From: Emiliania huxleyi CCMP1516
Taxonomy: Eukaryota
Assembly (NCBI RefSeq): GCF_000372725.1
Contig: NW_005202428.1
Coordinates: 2,531,791 to 2,595,790 of the forward strand
Direction: 5' to 3'
DNA: 64,000 nt
The first letter of the stretch is position 1. Each line of letters starts with the position of its first letter. Positions 14,990-26,639 of the stretch are shown piece by piece. A model generated the notes under the pieces. That model did not search any database. It was not told the origin of the DNA and saw only the letters and a program-made list of their open reading frames with translations. The position numbers and the translations under genes are program-made.

Positions 14990-17024
14990 TCACCGGTTCG
15001 GCGCGATACCCATGTGCTTGAGCCCCAGCCCCGCCTTTTTGCGGTGGTCGCCCTCGAGGTGGCCCGGCTGGCCCTTGACGAAGACGACCCCGTTGCTCGA
15101 GTCGACGCGGTGCTCCGGCAGCCAGCCGACCTCGGCCAGCCACTTTGCGGCGAAAGTGTCGAGCGGCGTGAGGCAGGAGGCCCACTGCGGCACGGCGGAG
15201 AAGGCGGCGTGCAAGCGCGACGACGCGGCGGCCGGCCAGACGCGGTACCACTCGCGGCTCGAGTGCAGCTGCTCGTGCGTCATCTCCCAGAGCTCGAGCT
15301 CGAGCGAGGGCGGGCAGCCGCCGCGCGGCGCCGCCGACTGGCAGAAGCGGCGGGTCTGCGCGGCGAGCTCCGCCTTGTAGTGTGGCTGCAGCGGGTAGCC
15401 CGTCGCGCCGACGAAGGAGGGGACGGCGTTCTGCTGCCTCTCCATCGGGAAGAAGTCCTTGTGCAGGTTGCCTGTAGGGAAAGGAGCGCGTGGGTGTGGA
15501 ACAAGCACGGTGTGAGGGGGGGTGCTCTCCTCGTGTGCAGGGCGCCGATCATGTAGCCGTTGGTGTTGATCTCGACCAGGAAGGCGCGCCCCCGCTCGTC
15601 GAGCACGAGGTCGGGCGAGAGGAAGACGACGCGCTTGTACCGCAGCCCGGCCTGCTTGATCTTGTGGTCGACGTGCAGCAGCTGCTCGCGCGCGAGGAGC
15701 ATCACCTCGACCAGCGTCCGCTCCACGTTAGCCCACGCAACCTCCTTCCAGAAGCGCCGCCCCGACGGCTCCACGTTGTCGTACCAGTAGTCGTTTGTGG
15801 TCGAGGTGGGGTAGAGGCCCTTTTGCGGGGCGAGCACGTCGCGCATCCCGTCCGGGTCCTCGCGGCTGTAGTAGCAGTCGCTCGGGCCCGGGAAGAGGTA
15901 GTGGACGCACGGGTTCTTGACGTGCTTCGGGCTGCCGTCGTACTTCCACATCGACACCTTCGGGATGCCGGTGCCGTAATTACTAATTAATTCATTAATT
16001 AATTAATTAACATCGACACCTTCGGGATGCCGGTGCCGAGGAGGTGGAGGCGGAGCGGGTCGACGGAGAGGAGGACTGTCCAGAGGCGCAGGTCGAACTT
16101 GTGCCCCTTGAAGAGCATGGGCCGCATCACGTAGTCCTGCAGCACAAATTCGCCGGCGGGGATGCGCTGGACGAGCCACTGGCGCGTCGCCTCGTCCGAC
16201 GCGAGGTCCGCCTCGCCCAGCGAGTGCATGTGGATCCCGATCGCGTTGAAGCCGCCCTTGGGCTTGCTGATCCAGATCCGGTGCCGCGGGCCGCCCTCCC
16301 TGGCGCCCGCCCCGCCGGCCGGCTGCTGGTCCGCCATCGAGCCGAGGTTGAAGGCGCGGAAGTCTGCCGCCGCCTCGTACCGGCCCTTTGCGACGGAGAA
16401 GGCGCGCTTGGTGAACTGGCAGTGCCCGCCCTGCTGCGAGGAGGTCGCGCGGAGCGGGTCGTAGCCAAAGCGGCGAAAGCAGCGCTCCTGCAGCCGCGCG
16501 AGCGCGGGCTTGACGCCGAGCAGCTGCGGGATGCCGGGCACGGAGTTGATGATGCCGCCCTTTGGGTAGCGGCCTTTGCCCCGCGGAGGCGGGAAGAAGC
16601 GCGCCTCGTACTCCATCGGCTCGACCCACAGCATGTGCACCGGCCCGCCGTGCTCCGGCTCGCACAGGCCGGCGCGCTCAAACATCTTGCGGACCGTCCC
16701 GCGCATGTCGCCGCGCTGGCCGACGGCGAAGGAGCGGGTGCACCCCGTCGGGACGAGCGGACTCGCCTGGTGGGTGTGCGGCCACGGCGCGCCGCGCGGG
16801 CCCCAGTCAAAGGCGGGCGGCAGGGCTGACGTCCCGTCCGCCATCGTGAAGTAGGCGGAGAGATTGGCGGGGCGTCTGTAGTTCCGAGGCACGGCGTAGT
16901 TGTCCCACGGCAGCCGCTGGCCGTGCGTGGTGGTTCTAAACTCGACGAGGTCGGCCTGCTCTACGTGGCTGGCCACACGCGCGCCGCTCGGCAGCGCCGG
17001 CCTGGCACGGTGGCGAGCATCCAT
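14990..17024 (-). CDS. Tubulin-tyrosine-ligase-like (TTL/TTLL, ATP-grasp) protein, 3 exons
   Basis: WISKPKGGFNAIGI, FVLQDYVMRPMLFKGHKFDLRLW and PDLVLDERGRAFLVEIN motifs. Start codon uncertain. Confidence 0.85.
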
Positions 17025-17359
17025 CGCCGAGCCGCGCCGGAGGGTGGACGCGATGGCGGCGGCGGCGGCCGCGGCGGCGGCAGAGCGTGACGAGTCGGAA
17101 GCGGCGCGGCAGAGGTGGCGGGCACCCAAATTGCGGCGGTTGTCTTTTACTGAAAAAGAATTTTTTCCTTCCACAACACTGGGCACGGGACTGGCGCGCA
17201 CTGGCACTAACACAGGTGCTCCCAGTGTTGTGTGAAAAAAGAAAAAAACACTGGCATCGGCCGAGTCCCAGGCTGGCGGAGGTCGTCTTTCGCCCTGGTA
17301 GGCCACGGTGGCAGCCCCCCCTCGGCCGCCTACTCCCCAGTGGTGCGACTCGCACACGT

Positions 17360-20300
17360 ATGCCGGCCTCCACCGCCGTGCCGTGCTGCCCGAACCGCCA
17401 TGCGCTCAAGCCCTTCGTCACGCCGCACGACCGCTTCAACTGCGACCTCTGCGGCGACGACCAGCCCAAGGGTATCGACATGCGCGGCTGCCGGATCTGC
17501 GAGCACGACGTGTGCGGCAAGTGTTCGCCGCCGGTGGACGTGCCGCTGGACGTGGCGGACGCCGACGCGGAGATCGTCGAGGTGTGTCCGTCGGGCCACC
17601 CGCTCGAGCCGTTTGCGATGGAAGACGAGTTTGGCGAGTGCGACCTCTGCGGGTGTGACCAGCCCGAGGACGCGCCGATGCGCTCGTGCAGAATCTGCGA
17701 CTTCGACGTGTGCCAATCGTGCACCGCGAACCTCGCGCCGCGGCCGCGCGCCGCAGCCGTGCCGCCCGTGCCCGTCGTCGAACGGTCGGATGACATCCGC
17801 AAGCCTGCGATCGACGGCCGCTCTTACCGGTACGTCAAGCTCCCAAACGAGCTGCGGATCGTGCTCGTGTCGGACGGAGAGGCGGACAAGGCGGCGGCCT
17901 CCCTCGACGTTGCCGTGGGACACGCGTGCGACCCTCCGGAGCTGCCAGGCCTCGCCTCCCTCTAATGATTAAGACCTCATCACTAATAATTAATCATGAA
18001 TTAAGCCTCCGGAGCTGCGAGGCCTCGCCTTCATGAATCACTACTGGAACGCATGCTCTTGGCGACTCAGCTGACTCAGCTGGCGATTGTTTGGTCGCGA
18101 GCAGGCCTCGCCCACTTCCTGGAGCACATGCTCTTTCTCGGGACTGCAAAGTACCCGGACGAGGACGACTACACCACCTTCCTCGCGCAGAACGGCGACG
18201 CCTCCAGCTCGCGCGACACCGCCCGGGAGAACGGAAGGATGACTTGACAGGTGGCTCCTAGGCGGCGCCTCCAACGCGTACACCGCCTTCGAAAACACAA
18301 ACTACCACTTCGAGGTGCTGCCCGCGCACCTGCCTGGCGCTCTCGACCGCTTCGCGCAGTTCTTCATCGCGCCGCTCTTCACGGAGAGCGGCGCGAGCCG
18401 CGAGAGGTCCGAGAGGGAGTGCACTTGATGAGCCGGCGGCGGGTGGCTCCTCAGGAGGGCGCGACGGGGCGCGAGCTCAAGGCGATCGAGTCGGAGAATG
18501 CAAAGACGGAGTCTGCTCCGCCGGCTCCTCCTCGCCTCCTTCTCCTGAAGGGGCCTCCCCTCTCTCTCCTAGGCGGACAGCCTCCCGGCCGACACCTGTC
18601 AGCCAATGTCGGGGTGTCTGAAGACGAGTCCTCGATCAACAGGCGAAGAACCTCCAGTCAGACACCTGGCGGCTCGCGCAGCTCACTCGCTGGGCAGCGC
18701 CGCAGCCCGCCGCACTACGCAGCGCTTCACAGCCTCCCTCTCCTCGGACGGGGGCGCCTCCTCCGTGTCTAGGCTGCGAGCCCGGAGCACCCGCAGCACA
18801 AGTTCGGGACAGGCGACACCGATGTGACTCTCCACTCATCACCCCATGCTCGTCACCGTTGCTCGGATGGAGACGCAGGCAACATGGAGACGCTGCGTGA
18901 CCTCGCCGCGCGTCCAGTGACGCTCGACCTGCGGCCAGCTCCCGGCGGCTCCTCTGCTGCCGGCGGCGGCGCGGTGCGCGCGCGGCTCGTGGCGAGCTGC
19001 AGGCCACCCGAGTAGCAGTGGCAGCGATGGAGTGATGGTCCTGATGACAAGAGCCCCACCGCAGTACGCCGCCTTTCCTTGAGGCATGACTCCCCCGCTG
19101 CAGCTTCACAGCTAGAGGTGTGAAGAGACGCTATTCACAGCCTCATTTGAGCATGACTCCCCCGCTGCAGCTTCACAGCTAGAGGTGTGAAGAGACGCTA
19201 TTCACAGCCTCATTTGAGCATGACTCCCCCGCTGCAGGCCGCCGCTGGCCATCCGCGACGCGCTCTTCGCCTTCCACCAGCGGCACTACTCGGCCAACGC
19301 GATGCGGCTCTGCGTGGTCGGCAAGCAGTCTCTCGCCGAGCTCGAGCAGCTCGTGCTGCCGCTCTTCTACCCCATCCCAAACATCAACCGCCCGCCGCCC
19401 GCCTGGCCGGGCGAGCGCTGACCGCCTCCCACGCGGCGAGGCCTGTTGCTGCTGTCGCGAGGTCTGCCCCCCCACCTCGCGTCAGGCGAGCCATATGCCT
19501 CGACCATGCGGCGCGCGCTCGTCAACGTTCCTGTCCGGCAGCTGCGCCTGCTGACGGTCCTGTGGCCGATGCCTCCGATCCGGCAGCTGTGGCGCTCCAA
19601 GCCGCACCGGTACATCTCGCACCTCCTCGGGCACGAGAGCGAGGCTGTGAACAGCGTCTCTTCACACCTCCAGCTGTGAATAGGTACATCTCGCACCTCC
19701 TCGGGCACGAGAGCGAGGGGTCGCTCCCCTCGCTCCTCAAGGGGCTAGCTTCACACCCCAAGCTTCACACCCCTAGCTGTGAATAGGTCGCTCCTCTCGC
19801 TCCTCAAGGGGCTAGCTTCACACCCCAAGCTTCACACCCCTAGCTGTGAATAGGTCGCTCCTCTCGCTCCTCAAGGGGCTAGCTTCACACCCCAAGCTTC
19901 ACACCCCTAGCTGTGAATAGGTCGCTCCTCTCGCTCCTCAAGGGGCTAGCTTCACACCCCAAGCTTCACACCCCTAGCTGTGAATAGGTCGCTCCTCTCG
20001 CTCCTCAAGGGGCTAGCTTCACACCCCAAGCTTCACACCCCTAGCTGTGAATAGGTCGCTCCTCTCGCTCCTCAAGGGGCGCGGCTGGGTCGACTCGCTC
20101 TGCGCCGGCGAGTCCGTCTCCGCCTCCGACTTTGCGATGTTCGAGGTGCAGATGGCCCTGTCGGAGGAGGGGGACGGCAAGGTGGACGAGATTCTGCTCG
20201 AGCTCTTCGCCGCCGTCAACATGCTCCGCGCCCTGCCGCCGGCTCGCTGGGCCGTCGACGAGTGTTGCTACTTGGACGCGACCGCTGATGAGTTGCGCAT

Positions 20301-23300
20301 CGACCGGTAGGCGCGGTGGGTGTTTGAGGAGTGCTCCTCGCTCGCCGAGATGGGGTTCCGGTACAAGGAGCAGGACGAGCCGATGGACGCCGCAAACTCG
20401 CTCGCAACCTCGCTCGAGCACCACCCGCCCGCGGACGTGCTCTCGGCGCCGTACCTGCACCAGGTACCAGGCCCCAGGAGCAAGACTCTCAGCACTGAAT
20501 CAGCCGTCCCTTCTCGACTCGTCTCGGACGCACCCCTACCCGACGCGCTCTCCGCACCCGCTTGTAGGAGTTCGACCCGGCCGCCATCGAGGCGATGCTC
20601 GCCCTGCTCACGCCAGCGCGCGTCATCACCCTCCACTCCTCCCGCTGCGTGGCGGCGGCGGCGCCGTACCGCGAGCCGTGGTACAACACACCCTTCGGCG
20701 CCGCGCACGCCTCGGTTGGACCGCGCTTGCTGGTCTCCCTTTGCCGCACGCGTCTCTGTCCTTCTTTTGTGTAGGCACCGCGCACATCTCGGACGAGACT
20801 CTCGAGCGCTGGGCGGCGGCGAGCGCCGAGGGGGGGATGCTGCGGCTGCCGGACCCAAATCCGTTCATACCGACCGACTTTGGGCGCGACATAGCCGAGA
20901 CATAGCCGAGGTATAGCGAGGCCATAGCCGAGATAAAACCGAGATACACCCGAATTTTCGTCCATCCCGACTGGCCTTGGGCCCGCTTGCGGCCCAGCGC
21001 GCCTCGACGCTCTCTCTCGGGAGGTAGCATTTCCGCTCTCCGCAGGCTGGTGTGTGACAGCGCGCCGGGCGGGGCGGAGGCGCTGCCCCGGCTGCCGACG
21101 CGGCTGCTGGATGAGGTGCGCGTCGCGAGCGGTGGCACGAGGCTGAGGCGAGGCTGAGGCGAGATTGTCCGAGATTAGGCTGGCGTTGAGCTGTGGCACA
21201 AGACGGACGCCACGTTCCGCCGCCCAAAGACGAACATGTGGATGGCGCTGCAGCTCTCGCAGGCGTACGCGACGCCGCTCAAGGTGGGGAGGAGACGTCG
21301 CTCACTGCCACGGCCCTTCTCGCTGTCACTCTTCTGGTTGTTGCGGCGCCCTCCTCCAGGTGGTGATGACGTCGCTCTTCACGCGGCAGTTGTCGGACGA
21401 GCTGACCGAGTTCTCCTACCACGCCGAGGTGATGATGAGAAAAGAGTCACAACAACAACAACAACATTTGCATTCACATTTACATTTACATTCACATTTA
21501 CATTTACAACCACAACGACAGCGACAATCCAACAATAGGTGGCCGGGCTGCACTACCGGGTCCAGTCGAGCAACGGCGGCCTCACGATCCTCTTCGGCGG
21601 ATTCTCGCACAAGCTGCCCGCGCTTAATGAATGACGAATGAGCATTAGTTCATCATTGCTTAGGCGGGTACTCGCACAAGCTGCCCGCGCTGCTGCAGCG
21701 AGTCGTCTCCAAGCTCGCGGAAACTCGCTCGGCCGCGGGAGCGCCTTTGCCCTTCTTCTTTGGACGCACGCGCTTTCCTCTCTCAGGCGCCCGACCTGGC
21801 CGCGGAGCGGTTCGCCATACAGCGCGACAACGTGCGGCGCGGCTACGCGAACTTCTTCAAGGAGGCGCCGCGCCAGCACGCTCTCTACCTCGCTTGCGGG
21901 AGAACGGAGACGTGAAGGCCGAGCTGTGTTTCTTTTGTTGCAGGCGCCGTACCAGCACGCCGTCTACCTCGCCTCGGTCCCGCTCGCGCGGGTGTCGCCG
22001 AATGTCGACGACGGACTGACGGGCGAGGGGTGGTGCTAACTAGGTCCTGCTCGAGGTGCGGCGCCACCACATCCTCGACTACTACCGCGAGGTGGTGGAG
22101 AGCGGCTCGCTCGACCTGGACGAGTACCGAGCCTTCGTGACGGGAGAGCTGCTCGCCTCGTCGCGCATGCTCGCCCTCTGCCACGGCAACGCCTCGGCCG
22201 AGCAGGCGACAGAGACGCGTCCCCGCCGCCCGACACGTCCACGGCACGGCCCATGACACGTCCACGACACGCCGCAGGCCGGCGAGATGGTCGCCGCCGC
22301 CCGGGCCGCCATCGGCTCCAAGCCGCTGAGCTGCGACGAGAGGCGCGAGTGCGAGTCGATGTACCGCGCGCTCGTGCTGCCCGCGGACAGCGAGGTGTGG
22401 GTGCGGCAGCACCCCTCCACGCTGCCCGAGGACCAGCGGCTGCTCGCCAACGCCGACGAGACCAACTCGGCGATTGAGGTCTTCCTGCAGGCCGGGGTCG
22501 ACGAGCGGCCCCGCACGATGCTCGTCGAGATGCTCGAGCAGGCGAGATGACCCGAGATTCGCCCGGGATCGCCCAGGATGATCGCCCGAGATCGCCCGAG
22601 ATCGCCCGAGATCGCCCGAGATCGCCCGAGAGCCATCCTGCAGGTGCTGCACAAGTGCGCCGAGCAGCAGCTGCGCACGGTCGAGCGGCTTGGCTGCGTC
22701 GCGTGGAAAAGCGCATGGCTGCGGGTACAGACGAAGAGAGCTGTGAGTAGGTCGAGCAGCTCGGCTACATCGTGTGGTGCACCTCTCGCTTCACCTACAA
22801 CACGGTCGGCCTCCGCTCCACCCGCCCCGCGGTCGCGCACCAGTCATACTCACAGTCGTGAAAGCATAGGTCGGCCTCCGCTTCATCATCCAGTCCGCGG
22901 TCGCCTCGCCAACCACCCTCGACGAGCGGATCGAGGCCCTTCCTCGAGTCGGCGCCCGCCCCGCTGCATGGGTACTCCTATTGAGCAGCTGGTGGTTTGG
23001 TGTTCATAGGCTTTCCTCGAGACGGCGCCCGCGCTGCTGCGCCACTTCTCCAAAGACGGCGCCTTGAGTGGCTCATGAGTGAGTGATCAGGTGCCCGCGC
23101 TGCTGCGCGACCTCTCCGAGGTCGACTTTGCAGACTACCGCCAGGCGCTGGTGGAGAGGAAGCTCGAGGTGGACAAGAAGCTGCGGCAGGAGACGGCCCG
23201 CTACTGGCGCGAGACGACGCTGCAGCAGCGCGGCAGCGCGGCCGGGAGCGACCTCACGTCCGGCCCACGCCGCCATAGGCACGAGATGACGCCGCTGCAG

Positions 23301-23653
23301 CAGTACGATTTTGACCGCAACGAGCGCGACGCCGAGGCGGTGCGCGCGCTGACGCAGCCGCAGTTGGCCGCCTTCTGGGACGCGACTTTGTCGCGCGCTT
23401 CGGGCGCGCAGCAGCAGGCACCCTTCCGAGCCTGTGAAGAGGTGTGTGAGGAGAGGCGTCCACGGCACGCCCCATAGGCGTGCGGCGCAAGGCGTCCTTC
23501 CAGGTCTTCGCGCCGCATCTCGAGCTGCCGCCGCCGCCCGACGGTGTCGTGTGCCTCGACACGATCGAGGCGGTGCAGCAGTTCAAGAAGTCGCTCTCCG
23601 CATGGCCCGGCGTGCACGAGGAGGGGGGCGGCGGAGACAGCCTCCAGAGCTGA
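17360..23653 (+). CDS. IDE: Insulysin / insulin-degrading enzyme (peptidase M16A) with two N-terminal Cys/His-rich repeats, many introns
   Basis: [24 protein letters not shown], inverted zinc motif [57 protein letters not shown] and [11 protein letters not shown]. Stop TGA at 23651-23653. Confidence 0.92.
19085..19236. repeat. Intronic tandem repeat, 67-nt unit x~2.3, containing the inverted GCTGTGAA/TTCACAC cassette
   Basis: CATGACTCCCCCGCTGCAGCTTCACAGCTAGAGGTGTGAAGAGACGCTATTCACAGCCTCATTTGAG repeated. Confidence 0.9.
19610..19683 (+). other. 74-nt GT-AG intron of insulysin whose 5' part duplicates the next exon
   Basis: Removal gives in-frame [15 protein letters not shown]. The first ~34 nt equal the exon start at 19684. 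Confidence 0.85.
19720..20054 (+). repeat. Intron made of exactly five 67-nt GT...AG units
   Basis: Unit GTCGCTCCTCTCGCTCCTCAAGGGGCTAGCTTCACACCCCAAGCTTCACACCCCTAGCTGTGAATAG; 5 x 67 = 335 nt. Removal restores [13 protein letters not shown]. Confidence 0.9.
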
Positions 23654-24073
23654 GGCGGGTGTCCCGTGTCCGGTCCCCGTGTGCATTCAAAAACGCTGCC
23701 CGTCCGATGAAGGCTCTGCGGGAGTGGGGGCTCACGCGCCCCCCCCTGTTGTAGTGTTCTCTCTCTGATGAAATAAAGAAGAGTCAAGACGCTGCGCGCT
23801 CAGTCCTCAGACGTCAGAGAGCATGAATGATGCGCGACTTTCCGTGACGTCTCAGCGACCGCGCGCCGGAAAAGCAAAAGGTGTATCCTGAAGCTGAACA
23901 CCTGTGTTGCATGTTAGTGCCAGTGCGCGCCAGTCCCGTGCCCAGTGTCGTGCGAGCGAGGGAGTTTTGTTGTAAAATTCTTGCCGCTTTTCGTGTACGG
24001 CTGTGCGTGTTCGAAAATTCTTTTCGCCGTGACATATAGGAGGAGGGCGCGACATTCCTTGCGCTGGCCGCCA

Positions 24074-25189
24074 ATGCATGTCCTGCTCCTCGCCCTGCTG
24101 ACTTCACCCCCCACCCCAGCGGTGCCGATGCCACCCGCGCCGCCTCCATTGCCGCCTCTCGCTCCGCTGCCGCCTCCAGTGCCGCCGCTCGCTCCCCTGC
24201 CGTCCCTTCTTCCACCGGCTGCGCCACCAAGGTGGTGTTTGAACTCGCGTTGCTACGTGTCGCCTAATGAGTCGCCCCACCTGGGCACGAAGGCCGCCCT
24301 CCTCGCTGCGCTGCATGTCCTCGCCTCCGCGGTCCTCACCTTCCACCTCGTCATCGCGGCTATGGCCCTCGCCATCCTTGTGGCCGCCGGCGCAAACGCG
24401 ACTTGCTTGCTCGTTCGCACCGGCGCGACGCGCATCTCCGTCGTCGCCGCCGCTAGCGTCCGGTCTGCGGTGTCTCGCGCCACGGCGAGAGCCACGACGG
24501 ACATTGAGAGCCGTGGCGCCGACGGCATCTCGGTGCAGGCCGTCAACGGCGGTGGCCTCAAGAGTGGCGGCTCAGAGCCTGCGCTGGAGAGAGTGACGAC
24601 AACGACGAACGAGTGCTACCTGTGCTACGATTCGTGCCGCGGCGAGCACGAGCTCGTGCGCGGCGTGTGCGCCTGCAAGCACACGGCGATGCACCTCTCG
24701 TGCCAGCGCAGGATGATCGAGATGGCCGAGGAGGCGGGCAAGCCGAACCCGCTGCAGTGCACGGTCTGCCACACGGACTTCTCGAACGCGGAGTTTGCCG
24801 AGGCGCGCGTCAAGCTCACGCGCGCCGGCGCCCGCTGGCTCCTGATCGCCGTCGGGTCGGTGGTGCTGCTGGCGTGCGCCGTCGCGGCGCTCTGGCCGTG
24901 GGACGGCGAGAGGATGGGGTGGTGGGACTACGCGTGGCGGTCGTTCCTCAACTACGAGGACGTGTCACTCGACGGGCAGCACACCCTGCTCCGATTCTTT
25001 GGCCTCCTCGCCCTCGTCGCCGCCATCTGCCTGAGCAGCTGGACGCTGACCTGGCTGGCTCTCTCCCTGTCGGGCACACTCGACCAGGCGAGGCAGCGGC
25101 CCGACGCCGCCGGCCTCGGCTTCTTCCTGCAACCGCCGATGAGCACGTCGCGGCAGCTCCGCTGCTGGCAACCAACCTGTTCAGCGTAG
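24074..25189 (+). CDS. Membrane-bound RING-CH (RINGv/MARCH-type) E3 ubiquitin ligase, intronless
   Basis: CYLC...VCACK...HLSC...CTVC (C4HC3) between hydrophobic TM segments. Signal peptide-like start and Pro-rich linker. Confidence 0.85.
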   Translation: MHVLLLALLTSPPTPAVPMPPAPPPLPPLAPLPPPVPPLAPLPSLLPPAAPPRWCLNSRCYVSPNESPHLGTKAALLAALHVLASAVLTFHLVIAAMALAILVAAGANATCLLVRTGATRISVVAAASVRSAVSRATARATTDIESRGADGISVQAVNGGGLKSGGSEPALERVTTTTNECYLCYDSCRGEHELVRGVCACKHTAMHLSCQRRMIEMAEEAGKPNPLQCTVCHTDFSNAEFAEARVKLTRAGARWLLIAVGSVVLLACAVAALWPWDGERMGWWDYAWRSFLNYEDVSLDGQHTLLRFFGLLALVAAICLSSWTLTWLALSLSGTLDQARQRPDAAGLGFFLQPPMSTSRQLRCWQPTCSA

Positions 25190-25597
25190 GCCCCTTGTAT
25201 AGTGTCGCGGGTGAGAGCACTCCGCGCGGCCTCCACTCTGGGTCTCTGCTGTGGTGTGCTCTTTCATCACGCGCGCTCCCCTTTCGGTGATGAAACCTGG
25301 TGCCACTTGGTATGTATCAAACCTGGTGCCACTTGGTATGTAATGTCAGACTTGGCCGCCCGTATGATTTTTTAACATTTCTCACAAAATACATACACCT
25401 CGTCTCATACTACATTACGTGCCTTCGAAGGAGGAGCTTGGGGCAGGCGCGCGCCGAGCCTTGCCCGTGGGGAGTGGCTGGCGGCCGCTGGGGCCGAATT
25501 GATGACTAATGTGATATCGGATTAATTTGAATGCCCCATGCCATATACAAAGTGTGTGCAGTGTGGAGTGTGGGTCTCCGCTCCGGCGCACGACTCG

Positions 25598-26230
25598 TCA
25601 CAGCGCTACTGAGAGGTAGGTCGTATCTCGGCCGGACCTGTCCACGCTCCCTTCCGTGATGCTCAGCTGCGTTATACAGGTGCCACTCGGTGTCCGTACC
25701 AGGCCGCTCAGCACCGCGGACGGCGTGGGAGCCACAGCGGGCAGCACCTTGACGCTCCCCCACCGCCCCTGCTCGAGCTGCTCGGGCTCCCACAGCCTCG
25801 ACGTCTCGTCCCCGAAACCCCACAGCTTCATGCGCGGCGGCGCGGGTGCCCTACCTCCGAGGGCCGCCTCGCAGCTGTGCGTGCCGTCGACCTCACCCGC
25901 TGAGCCCTGCTCGTTGTCTCGGGCCCGCCCGTCGTCGCCGTAGCGTCTCTCGTGCTGGCCCGGGCTGCCGCCCGCCGCCTCCTCGGCCTGTGCCTCTGTG
26001 ACTAGGAGCGGCGTCGCTTCGAAAGCGCTGCGTGTCGCTGACGCGTTGGCGCGATGGCCGCGCCGTGGCTTTCGCGGAGAGTGCCTCCGCCGGCCGCTCA
26101 CGCGTCGACCGCATAGGTTTGGGCAATCACCGCCAAACCGCGAGCAGAGCATCGCACAGGAAATCGCGAGGCAGGAGACTGCGGCCAAGCCAATCGCTGC
26201 GGCGAAAGCGTCGTCTGTCACCAAGTCCAT
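25598..26230 (-). CDS. Hypothetical protein with N-terminal hydrophobic anchor
   Basis: ATG at 26230 downstream of T-tracts; MDLVTDDAFAAAIGLAAVSCLAISCAMLC. No recognisable domain. Confidence 0.4.
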   Translation of the reverse strand: MDLVTDDAFAAAIGLAAVSCLAISCAMLCSRFGGDCPNLCGRRVSGRRRHSPRKPRRGHRANASATRSAFEATPLLVTEAQAEEAAGGSPGQHERRYGDDGRARDNEQGSAGEVDGTHSCEAALGGRAPAPPRMKLWGFGDETSRLWEPEQLEQGRWGSVKVLPAVAPTPSAVLSGLVRTPSGTCITQLSITEGSVDRSGRDTTYLSVAL

Positions 26231-26516
26231 CTGTCCGGTGTGTATTTCACGCCGACGAACTCGGGCCGCTGTCCAAAAAAAGTCGCGTAGACGAGCTAAA
26301 AAAATCAAGTACTTTTGTTCACCCGCGTCGCGGATCCCAACGAACGGTGCTGCACGCCACGAGCCCTGGCCGCTTTGTGTATCTCGAGACCTCGAGAGAA
26401 GGCCGCCCGAGGGCCCAACCAAGTGGAGTCCAACCAAAATTGGGCAACCACGAGCCCGCCCCCCCCCCACAACACACACACACACACACAAGAGAAGAAT
26501 CTCAAGCAAGAAAGAA

Positions 26517-26639
<123 letters not shown>

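Noticed and set aside
19720..20054. Regularly spaced repeats resembling a CRISPR array
   Set aside because: The units are contiguous and identical with no unique spacers, there are no cas genes, and the context is a eukaryotic intron.
25293..25342. Short tandem duplication AAACCTGGTGCCACTTGGTATGTA x2
   Set aside because: A two-copy local duplication in a 3' intergenic region with no further structure.
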